64,000 nt of DNA. It comes from Acidobacteriota bacterium. Lineage in GTDB: Bacteria; Acidobacteriota; CAIWXX01. The position numbers and the translations under genes were made by a program. Shown here piece after piece: positions 42,547 through 51,179 of this stretch. Where the stretch lies: assembly GCA_040755995.1 (NCBI GenBank), contig JBFMAF010000043.1:32001-96000 (forward strand), in the 5' to 3' direction. Under the pieces are notes generated by a model that searched no databases, was not told the origin of the DNA, and saw only the letters and a list, made by a program, of their open reading frames with translations. Every line of letters starts with the position of its first letter. The first letter of the stretch is position 1.

Positions 42547-42713
42547 CTATCGCGGCGTCGAGCGGGCGACGACATGCCGTTGGCGTATGATGGGCAGCGT
42601 CCGGTGGCAGACCGCGTCACTCCCACTCTCTACTCTCCACTCTCTACTCTCTACGCCAGGCGCGGCCGCCTCGGCCTGGTACGGTTCTTCCGGCCGAGGC
42701 CGCGCCTCGCTAA
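42547..42713 (-). mobile_element. Non-autonomous REP/MITE-like element, copy 4 (inverted, divergent tail)
   Basis: The reverse strand reads TTAGCGAGGCGCGGCCTCG..AGAGTAG/AGAGTGG..GTGACGC. It starts in the arcC TAG stop, with a second TAG at 42547-42549. Confidence 0.65.
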
Positions 42714-43657
42714 GCGTGGACCCTGGTGCCTTCCCTGCCATCCAGCGCCTGAATGATGTTCTCCGCATTCGTGATGATTGCGGTGCCACCGGTGCCTTCG
42801 GCGAATTCGATCGCCGCCTCGACCTTGGGCCCCATGGACCCGGCAGGGAAGTGCCCTTCGAGCAAGTACCTCTTCGCTTCCCGGACGGAGATGTCGTACA
42901 GGTCCCGCTGGTTCGGCTTCTCGAAATTGATCGACACGCGCGGAACACCCGTCAGCAGGAAGAAGTGCGATGCCTTGATGCCGATCGCAATGAGAAACGA
43001 GGTGCGATCCTTGTCGATCACGGCGTTCACGAGCTCGAATGTGTTGTCCGGTCTGCGAACCACGGGAATGCCTCCGCCCCCTCCTGCGATCACCACATTG
43101 GCGGTCTTGAAGGCGTCCGGGATGATTGCGTTCGCGAAGACTTTCACGGGCGCAGGCGACGGCACCACACGTCGGTAACCCCGTCCTGCATCCTCGATGA
43201 TCGTCCAGTCCGGAAACCGCTTCCTCACCTCATCGGCCTCCTCGCGCGTGTAGAACGGCCCGACCGGCTTCGTCGGATTCCCGAAGGCCGGGTCATCCCC
43301 CCTGACCTCCACCTGCGACACGATCGTCAGAACCTCGAAGTCACGCTTCTCCCGGTTGACGGTGTTGATGATCGCGAGCTCCAGCATCGTACCGATCTCG
43401 GCCTGCGTCAGCGCATCGCACACGGCCAAGTCCAGCGGCGGGATGTTCTCTTTCAGCCCGGCAAGCTGCCTCAGATAGGCCAATCCAACCTGCGGGCCGT
43501 TGCCGTGAACCACGACCACGTTGAAATCGCGGATCACAAGGTGCTTCACCAGCTGGGCCGCCTGGTAGGCCTTGCCCATCTGCTCCTCCATCGAGCTCCG
43601 CCCGTCGGATAGAGCGTTCCCACCAATGGCGACAACCGCTATGTTCTGAGCACTCAC
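42710..43657 (-). CDS. arcC: Carbamate kinase
   Basis: AIGGNAL, HGNGPQVG, GGGGIPV, VIDKD, GSMGPK; GTG start at 43657 after GGAGG. Confidence 0.93.
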   Translation of the reverse strand: MSAQNIAVVAIGGNALSDGRSSMEEQMGKAYQAAQLVKHLVIRDFNVVVVHGNGPQVGLAYLRQLAGLKENIPPLDLAVCDALTQAEIGTMLELAIINTVNREKRDFEVLTIVSQVEVRGDDPAFGNPTKPVGPFYTREEADEVRKRFPDWTIIEDAGRGYRRVVPSPAPVKVFANAIIPDAFKTANVVIAGGGGGIPVVRRPDNTFELVNAVIDKDRTSFLIAIGIKASHFFLLTGVPRVSINFEKPNQRDLYDISVREAKRYLLEGHFPAGSMGPKVEAAIEFAEGTGGTAIITNAENIIQALDGREGTRVHA

Positions 43658-43713
43658 CGGGCGCCTCCGTAGATCGACCTCTGAAGAAGCTACAGAATTA
43701 TACCACACCGATC

Positions 43714-45084
43714 CTAGGGCCGGCCGCCGCCCGGCGGCGACTGGCCCTCCGATCTTTGCGTCAGCCATGCGTACGTATCTTCCAGCAGCTCGGCGATCTG
43801 CGTTCGCTGCTGGAGCAGCCGGCCTCTGGCCGAGGCCGGGGTCAGACGGGCCGCCACGAAGCTCCGCACCAGCTCCAGCACCTCCGCCTCACGCTCGCCG
43901 GCAAACAGCGTGGCCAGCGCGAGTGTGGCGAGCAGCAGGGCCGTAAGGCCCCCGATCCGAGCGCCGCCGAGCGCTCCCGCCCCCACCGATAGCGCCGCAA
44001 TCCACAAGATGAACGACACTGCACCGCCCAGGACCTTCCATGTAGCCCGGACGTCGACGCTGACCTCTTGTCGCGAGGCGAGGACATGCACCAGCATGTA
44101 TGGGATCGCAAAGATCAGGGCGCCTGCCGCAGCCAGAGGGACCAGGGGGATGCCCAGGAGGACCTCGCGAACGGCAAAGCGAATCACTACGGAAGGAGGC
44201 ACGTTCAGGTCGAGCCCCTCGTCGCGCAAACCGAACCGCGCTATGCGGCGCTCGTAGCGCTGGAGCTGGGTGTAGACGAGCGCGAAGCGACCCGGGTCGC
44301 GCGCGCGCAGCATATCAAGCCCGCCGGCGATCCGCCGGCGCCGAATCAGACGGGCCTCAGAGCCAGCGTCCAGCCGCCGCGCGGTGCTATAGAGCCGTTC
44401 CACCCTCGCTACCAACAGCGCATCCCCCGCCGGATCGGCCTCGACAAGCACGTCGCGCAATCGGAAGGAGATCTCGCCGGTCAGATCCCTGACGGCCTCG
44501 GCGGAGTCCGCCCGGTAGACATCCAGCCGTTGGTCGCAGTAGAACGGGCGGCCGTAGGCCACGATCACCGTCGAGCGGAAGATGGCTTTCCGGTCGAAGT
44601 TGAGCCCTACAGGCACGATCGCAACGCGCGTTCCGCGGGAAGCCGCCGCCAGAGCGATCCTCGCGGCTCCGGTGCGCAGCGTCTCCAGGCGGCCGGATGA
44701 ATGGCTGATCCCCTCGGGAAACAGGCAGACTGCATCGCCGCCGTCAAGCGCCCGTCCGACCTCCTCGAACATCTCCACGTTGCGCCCGACGTCCTCGCCT
44801 GCGTCTTTCCTCCGATACACCGGGATCGCGCGGGAGGCCTTGACCAGCCTGCCGATCAGAGGCATTCGAAAGAGCGTCGACTTGGCGAGGAATCGCGGCC
44901 GGCGTGTCGCCGTGGCGATCAGCAGCGCGGGGTCGAGGAGGGCGTTCGGGTGGTTTGCCAGCAGCAGCAAGGGGCCTTCGGGCAGCGTTCCGCCGGCCAC
45001 CTCGACTTGGTAGAAGATCCACGTTGCGGCGCGCGCCAGCCACGCGACAACTGCCGGGCCGGCTCGACCTCCGTTTCCGCCCAT
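43714..45084 (-). CDS. Lysophospholipid/glycerol-phosphate acyltransferase with C-terminal membrane domain
   Basis: NHPNALLD, FLAKS, FPEG. Confidence 0.88.
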   Translation of the reverse strand: MGGNGGRAGPAVVAWLARAATWIFYQVEVAGGTLPEGPLLLLANHPNALLDPALLIATATRRPRFLAKSTLFRMPLIGRLVKASRAIPVYRRKDAGEDVGRNVEMFEEVGRALDGGDAVCLFPEGISHSSGRLETLRTGAARIALAAASRGTRVAIVPVGLNFDRKAIFRSTVIVAYGRPFYCDQRLDVYRADSAEAVRDLTGEISFRLRDVLVEADPAGDALLVARVERLYSTARRLDAGSEARLIRRRRIAGGLDMLRARDPGRFALVYTQLQRYERRIARFGLRDEGLDLNVPPSVVIRFAVREVLLGIPLVPLAAAGALIFAIPYMLVHVLASRQEVSVDVRATWKVLGGAVSFILWIAALSVGAGALGGARIGGLTALLLATLALATLFAGEREAEVLELVRSFVAARLTPASARGRLLQQRTQIAELLEDTYAWLTQRSEGQSPPGGGRP

Positions 45085-45085
45085 G

Positions 45086-46441
45086 TCACTGGCGTGTACT
45101 TTCAGCCGCCTCGCGCGCGTGGCGCTCCGCCTCCCGCGCAAGCCGCTCGCCTTCGGGCACGTTCACGAACGCCAGCAGGGCGGCACCGACGACGAAGAAA
45201 AAGATGATCGAGAGTATGGCCGCTCGACTGGACCCGGTCTGGCCGACTGCGGCGGCGAAGAGGAGCGGGCCGAGAATGCCCGCGAACTTCTCGAATACAG
45301 CAAAGAACCCGAAGAACTCGGAGGACTTGTAGCGCGGGATCATGGTAGCGAAGAGCGACCGGCTCAGGGCCTGGCTGCCGCCCTGAACCATCCCAACCAG
45401 GATGGCGAGGAGGTAGAAGTGAAGAGCGGTGGTCATGTAGTAGCCCAGAACGCTGACGACCATGTATACGGCGAGAGAGATAAACACGGCGCGCTTGGCT
45501 CCGACCCATGCTGCCATCCGTCCGAACAGAAACGCGAAGGGGATTCCGATGAACTGCACCATGAGCAGCGCGAGGATGAGATGATGCTGGGCGATCCCGA
45601 TCTGCGCCCCGTACAGCGATGCCATTCGGATGATGGTGTTGATGCCGTCGTTGTAGAGGAGGAAGGCGAGGAGCATCAGGAGGGCCTGCTTGAACCGCGC
45701 GAGCTCGCGGAACGTGCCCCCGAGTCGCGCAAATGCCGCGATGAGAGCGTTTCGTCGCGCACCTTCGCGCTCGTCAAGCTGCCGCGGCGGCTCGGGGACG
45801 CGGCGGAACAGGGGTATCGAGAACAGAGCCCACCAGATCGCGACACTCAGGAACGAGAGCCGCGACGCGGTGGCCGTGTCGGCGAGGCCGAACCAGGAGG
45901 GCTTCTCGATGATGACCAGGTTGAGCGCGAGGAGCAGGCCGCCGCCGAGGTAGCCCAGGGCATATCCGGCGGTAGAGACGCGGTCGAGCTCATCGCTCCT
46001 TGCGACGTGCGGCAAGAGGGAATCGTAGAAGGTGAATGCGCCTGAGACACCGATATTTCCTAGTACGAAGAGGATCAGCGCGAGGAGCCAGTCGCCGCGG
46101 CCGATGAGGACCATGAGCGCGCAGGCAGTCACACCGATGCTTTGGAAGACGAACAACAGCCGCTTCTTGATGCCGGCGTAGTCGGCCAGGGCGCCGAGAA
46201 GCGGCGAGATCAGGGCGACGACCGTGAGCGCGATGGTCGTTGCGATGCTGAATCGAAACGCTGCAGCGTTGGGGGCCAACTTGTCTGCCGCGACTTCGGC
46301 ATAGTAGATGGGGAACACCACGGCGATGATCGTAGTCATGAAGGCGGAGTTCGCCCAGTCGTACATGGCCCAGGCGCGGAGCTCGCGCCGGTGCAGGCCG
46401 AAACGTTCAGCGAGCGGGGCCCTCGCGCGTTCCTTTCTCAC
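45086..46441 (-). CDS. MFS transporter, Atg22/UMF1-like
   Basis: WAMYDWANSAF, GGSQALSRS. Confidence 0.9.
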   Translation of the reverse strand: MRKERARAPLAERFGLHRRELRAWAMYDWANSAFMTTIIAVVFPIYYAEVAADKLAPNAAAFRFSIATTIALTVVALISPLLGALADYAGIKKRLLFVFQSIGVTACALMVLIGRGDWLLALILFVLGNIGVSGAFTFYDSLLPHVARSDELDRVSTAGYALGYLGGGLLLALNLVIIEKPSWFGLADTATASRLSFLSVAIWWALFSIPLFRRVPEPPRQLDEREGARRNALIAAFARLGGTFRELARFKQALLMLLAFLLYNDGINTIIRMASLYGAQIGIAQHHLILALLMVQFIGIPFAFLFGRMAAWVGAKRAVFISLAVYMVVSVLGYYMTTALHFYLLAILVGMVQGGSQALSRSLFATMIPRYKSSEFFGFFAVFEKFAGILGPLLFAAAVGQTGSSRAAILSIIFFFVVGAALLAFVNVPEGERLAREAERHAREAAESTRQ

Positions 46442-46462
46442 GCAGGTGCCTCCTGCCTGTTC

Positions 46463-47746
46463 CTATCGACGCTCGTCCAGGTGGGGAATCCACGGTATCA
46501 TTATCATCGACGGAATTGACGCGAAAAACGCGAGCATAAAGAGACCGACGTATCCGACGTGCTCGACGATCACCCCGCCGAACCCGCCGACGACGGTGAG
46601 ACCGACGGACATGACGGCGGAGCCGACCGCGTAGTGAGCGGCCTTGAACTCGGGGCGGCACGTGCGCATGAGGTAGATCAAGAGAGTCGCGTTGCCCATG
46701 CCGCCCGCCCATTCCTCGTACGCGTGTATGATCGCGATCCAGGTGAGGCCGCCGACTGTCGCCGGATCCGGCTTCCAATAGGCCAGCCCTATGTATGCCC
46801 AGATGTTGAGATTCATCATCAGGGTCAGCGGCCAGATGGCGCGCTTGAGTCCGAGCTTCGAAATGAGCCAGGCGCTCAGCAGCGAGCCGGCGATGGAGCC
46901 CCCGGTCCCAAGTATACCGGCCAGCCACGAAAGCTGCCCCATCGACACTCCGAGATAGCGCATGAGGAACGCCGTCCGCATGGAGAACATGATGTTGTCT
47001 CCGAGCTTGTACATCATGACGAATGCGAGCATCAGGATGACGCGAGGCTGAGCCAGGTATGTTCGAAACGCGAGGAGGAACTGAGATCCGGCAGCGCGCT
47101 GCCCCGGGGGCTGCGATCCCGCAGGGTGCTCCGGCTGGGGCAGGAACCAAGAATGGAACAGGAAGATCAGCGTCATCGTGGCAGCGGCGATCGCCCAGCT
47201 CCAGACCCAGCCGATCACTGCTGCCGCCGCCACCAACACGCTCCTGCCGTATATGATTGCCATCCGGTACGACATCACCCTGTCTCCGGTGTACCTCGCC
47301 TGCTCGTCCTTGTCGGTCAGTGCGGTCAGGTAGTATCCGTCTATGGCTATGTCATGAGTCGCGCTGGCGAAGGCTAGCGCGGCTCCGACGAAGGCTATGA
47401 TCTCAAGAACGTGAGGTGGTGCTGATCCCTCAACGCCTATCGCGCGGATCGCGAGCACGGCGACGGCCGCGAGGCCGACGCTCAGCACGGCTTCGATCAC
47501 GAGCAGCCAGCGGCGCTTCGTGCTGTACATGTCTACGAACGGAGCCCAGAGGAACTTGATATTCCACGCCAAAGCGAAGAAGTTGAGGTACCCGAGGTAC
47601 CGCTCCTTGACGCCCAGATCGGTGTAGAACACCGTAAACATGTAAATCACGATCACGTACGGGAATCCCTCGGCGAAGTACGTCGAGTTCACCCACCCGG
47701 TGGTCTTCAGATCACGAGCGGGCCTGGCGGGACGCTGTTCTTCCAT
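46463..47746 (-). CDS. AmpG-like MFS transporter
   Basis: YFAEGFP, KFLWAPFVD, SATHDIAIDG. Confidence 0.85.
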   Translation of the reverse strand: MEEQRPARPARDLKTTGWVNSTYFAEGFPYVIVIYMFTVFYTDLGVKERYLGYLNFFALAWNIKFLWAPFVDMYSTKRRWLLVIEAVLSVGLAAVAVLAIRAIGVEGSAPPHVLEIIAFVGAALAFASATHDIAIDGYYLTALTDKDEQARYTGDRVMSYRMAIIYGRSVLVAAAAVIGWVWSWAIAAATMTLIFLFHSWFLPQPEHPAGSQPPGQRAAGSQFLLAFRTYLAQPRVILMLAFVMMYKLGDNIMFSMRTAFLMRYLGVSMGQLSWLAGILGTGGSIAGSLLSAWLISKLGLKRAIWPLTLMMNLNIWAYIGLAYWKPDPATVGGLTWIAIIHAYEEWAGGMGNATLLIYLMRTCRPEFKAAHYAVGSAVMSVGLTVVGGFGGVIVEHVGYVGLFMLAFFASIPSMIMIPWIPHLDERR

Positions 47747-47953
47747 CACCACTCCAACAAAGTGGCGTATCGTAGCACACCACCCTGCCGGGCGGCCAAT
47801 TTGACAGAGGTGCATGACGGCGCTATCTTCGAGCCAGTCATGGCATGGTTGCTCTCTTGCGATCTAAGGGGGCTCCAGGCTCGGTATCAATGTCCGCAAC
47901 ATTTGTGCGCATGAGTTCAATAAGCGAGTTCCAGTATCTCCGGGAGGAGCGTC

Positions 47954-48739
47954 ATGAAGATCATCATTCGCATCGTAATGACCATCGCCTTGGCGATGGG
48001 CGGGTGGGAGACCGCAGCCGGCGAGCCAGAGGCACCGCTTCCGGTTTCAAGGGCAGGCCAACGGCTCATTGTGATCTTCATGAAGGGGTTCGACGCTGCT
48101 ACAGTGCTGGACAATCCCACCGACCACATCCAGGACGAGATCAGGGCGACTTTTGCCGGTCACAACGTCGAATTCAAGATCACGAACACGGCCTCGCGAA
48201 CGGACCTGGCCACGGCTCTATTCCGCGCCGACATTTTCTACCTCAACGCCCATGCGGTCACTCCGTATCAGGTGGATATCCTGTCGGGCACCGGCCTGGA
48301 GGCCCGCAAAGAACTGATGCAAGGGATACTGGTCGCACCGTCGGACGACAACAAGGACAAGTCCCCAGGGGGTAACTCGATCGCAACGGCTCTTTACATC
48401 AGGCAACAGCGAATGGCACAGGGCCCGGGCAAGGGACCGAGGCTGGTGATAGTGAACGGATGCTCGCTCACGGACCGGAAGGATGGCGTCATCATGGTCA
48501 ATCGTATCAGCCACGCCGTCGGTGTCCCGGACTCATCCACGGATCGCACCTTCGTGGGCTGGGACTACCGTGTGCTCGGCGGCAGCCAGGACGGGAACTT
48601 CGCTGCCATGTTACGGAAGTGGACCACGGCTGGTCCTGACGGCACATGTCCGACCATCGAAGAGGCGATCAACGCCACCAACTGGGGGGCTGTGAAGCAG
48701 CCCGTAATAGTCGGCGCCCGTAGCCTGCGTTACAAATAA
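47954..48739 (+). CDS. Secreted hypothetical protein
   Basis: GGAGGAG RBS, signal peptide, 261 aa; family not recognised. Confidence 0.7.
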   Translation: MKIIIRIVMTIALAMGGWETAAGEPEAPLPVSRAGQRLIVIFMKGFDAATVLDNPTDHIQDEIRATFAGHNVEFKITNTASRTDLATALFRADIFYLNAHAVTPYQVDILSGTGLEARKELMQGILVAPSDDNKDKSPGGNSIATALYIRQQRMAQGPGKGPRLVIVNGCSLTDRKDGVIMVNRISHAVGVPDSSTDRTFVGWDYRVLGGSQDGNFAAMLRKWTTAGPDGTCPTIEEAINATNWGAVKQPVIVGARSLRYK

Positions 48740-48748
48740 TCGGGCATC

Positions 48749-49140
48749 ATGACAATGCCGGACCAGCCAGAGAGGCATCGCTCGCAATCCGCGACCCCCG
48801 AGGAAGCACCGGACCTAGGGACAGCAGCGAGTGATGAGACGGTGATGCCTGGCCGCGGTGATGATTCTCGGAGGCTATGCCGTGCACACCCGACTGCAGG
48901 CACGCTCTCAGGCGCTCGCCGCGCAGAGGTTTGGAATCGAGATCAAAGACATCGAGGCGATGCAGCGGTATTCATGCCTGTCGCCCCTTCACGACACGAG
49001 GCCTGATACGGCGGCGCTGCGCGAACGGGTGACCGAGATCGCGCGAATGATCGAGGAGCTGGGTAGCACGGCCGCCGGCCCTGGCAACTATGCCCTGGGC
49101 CGAGGCTACCTCGCGCTACGCGACTATCGCGAGGGCCATG
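48749..49140 (+). pseudogene. Internally deleted remnant of a kinase-TPR type gene
   Basis: A kinase-like leader (..DETVMPG) is joined out of frame to a post-TM segment (AQRFG..PLHDTR..GPGNYALGRGYLAL). No kinase domain remains. Confidence 0.5.
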
Positions 49141-49270
49141 TCGTTCCTGTTACTCAATCCGGTGTTCATCGCCTTCCAGCCTCGGCCGCCATTGGTCGTC
49201 CTGAACACACCGCTGGCCCACGTTCCGGCGTAGACTGTCAAGGGATGCTGGTGGCTTCTGTGATACAGCT
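49116..49270 (-). pseudogene. BNR/Asp-box repeat protein fragment
   Basis: TVYAGTWASGVFRTTNGGRGWKAMNTGL, a single isolated repeat. Confidence 0.55.
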
Positions 49271-49391
49271 CGCCCTGCTCTCCGCCTGATCGAGGCCACC
49301 ACGGCGACAATGGTGACCGCTATGGCCCATCCCAGGACCATCCAAATCGCCCAACCGCCACGGGACCGTAGGACCGACTGATTGTCCACTC

Positions 49392-50093
49392 CTATGAGAC
49401 GGAACGCCGCGACAAGCGCAGATTCTCCGCTCGCCAGAGCTTCGGTCTTGGCAGCGCGCACCGCCGAGGCCGGCGGAAATCCATCATGCTGCTCGCGCCC
49501 GCGAATCCCAAGTGCACGAGTGCCGCGCGGCGGAGGTCATGGAGTCGGTCTGTAAGCGCACGCGCTTCAACAAGCGGCGCCAGAGCATCACAGCCGCGCC
49601 CCATCGAGCTTAGCCTTGAACCTTGGGCAAGCAACACGTCCGCCACTATCTCCCCATGTCCCGACGCGCGCGCCGCCTCCAAGGCACGCGAGAGAATCTG
49701 AAGCGCTTCGCCCGGGGTCACTTCTGGCAAGCCCTCCAGATTCAGCAGAGCTTGAGCCTGGATGTCCGGGCGCTCTGCTTGGATCGAATTCTCCGCGGCG
49801 GCTTCGAGCTGCCGGCGGGCCTCGGTGAGCTCCTCCAGCAGTACCAGGGCCTGAGCAGCCTTGATGCGAACCGCTGCGGCACCGGCCCGGTCGCCCTGCA
49901 GCTCGCGCGCCTTGATCTCCTGACGTGCCCGCTCGATGAACGGTCTCAACTCGCTCAGTGGTCCTTCGCTGTCCATGTCAGCGGCCGTGTGTTCGGCGGC
50001 ATGCGCCATTTCGCCTGCCCGGGTCGGAAGCACATTCAAGGAAACGAGTAGCATCGGCGGCAGCAGACGGGCAGCGAACCTATCGGGAATCAT
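49392..50093 (-). pseudogene. Secreted TPR-like protein, probably a truncated N-terminus
   Basis: Signal peptide plus helical repeats (QAQALLNL, ADVLLAQG), degenerating at the C-terminus. Confidence 0.45.
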
Positions 50094-50140
50094 CTCTCTC
50101 AGGAATCATACAACACATTGAACCGGGAGCCCCCGCCAAC

Positions 50141-50417
50141 GTGGTATCGGCTGCGGGGGCGGAGCGGACTGCGACTCTTCGCAGCATCTCTGCCACGTGT
50201 GACGCTTCGCGGGCCGCGAAGTGCGCGATCTGCTTGTGACATGAGATGCCCGCGACGGCCACGTCGGCATCCGGGCGGGCATCGAGCCGGCAGCAGCATG
50301 CGGACGCAGGCCGTCTCCGATCTCCCCGCGACCAACGTGGAGGAAGGCCCACCTATCAGCCCTGAAGAAGGGGGAGAATCCCATGGATCGCCACGTCGCA
50401 GCCGAAATGCATCATCA
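50141..50417 (-). repeat. Displaced copy of the oxidoreductase 3' end joined to a shared ~100 bp arm
   Basis: 50178-50313 aligns with 59986-60123 (with a 2-bp deletion); 50232-50417 aligns with 57625-57812. Confidence 0.85.
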
Positions 50418-50489
50418 TTGCTGATTCCAGGGTCCACTTCCAGTAAGACCAGCCGCATGTCACGCAAGACCGTGTAAAATAGGCGCAGT

Positions 50490-51179
50490 ATGTCAGGGAC
50501 CATCCTGATCGTGGAAGACGACCGCCATGTCCGCGGCATGACGAGCTATCTGCTGGATAGTGAGGGGTATAGATGCATCGGAGTCTCGAGTGCGGAGGAG
50601 GCGCTGGAACGCTTGACCGACGAGGCTCCCGCCCTCATCCTGCTCGACCTGGCTCTCCCCGGAATGAACGGGTACGAATTCTGCGAACGGCTGAAGGCAT
50701 CGGACGCCTGGAAGTCCATCCCGATCATCATGCTGACCGAGAAGAGCGGGGTTTCCGACATAGCTCGGGGACTCCAGAGCTACGCCGATGACTACATCCC
50801 CAAACCGTTCCACCCCCACATCCTGGTGGCCAGAGTTGAGGCCCTGCTCAGGCGGATCGGGGGTCAGGCGAAGCAGCCGGATTCGGCAGCGGGAGCTCAA
50901 AGTGGCGATCTGCGGATCGACCCGGACACGCGTGAGGTGTTCGTCGAGGGCCGGCCGGTGGAACTACAGAAGATGGAATTCGACATCCTCTGGCTCCTGG
51001 TATCTCACCCTCAGCGGGTCCATCCGCGCGAGCGGATCATCCGCGAGATCCGCGGAGAGGACTACTTCATCTCTGAGCGGGTGGTCGATAACCACATCTG
51101 CAAGCTGAGGAAGAGGCTGGGCGCGGTCGGGGACAGGATTGAGACCGTGCCCGGGGTGGGTTACCGCTTCCGGTCCTGA
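50490..51179 (+). CDS. OmpR/PhoB-family response regulator
   Basis: ILIVEDD, LLDLALPGMNG, KPF, winged helix ending ETVPGVGY. Confidence 0.93.
   Translation: MSGTILIVEDDRHVRGMTSYLLDSEGYRCIGVSSAEEALERLTDEAPALILLDLALPGMNGYEFCERLKASDAWKSIPIIMLTEKSGVSDIARGLQSYADDYIPKPFHPHILVARVEALLRRIGGQAKQPDSAAGAQSGDLRIDPDTREVFVEGRPVELQKMEFDILWLLVSHPQRVHPRERIIREIRGEDYFISERVVDNHICKLRKRLGAVGDRIETVPGVGYRFRS

Noticed and set aside
33559..42713. Repeats as a CRISPR array
   Set aside because: They are dispersed, irregularly spaced and in both orientations, with no cas genes.
42710..43657. Arginine deiminase operon
   Set aside because: Only the carbamate kinase is present, with no arcA or arcB nearby.
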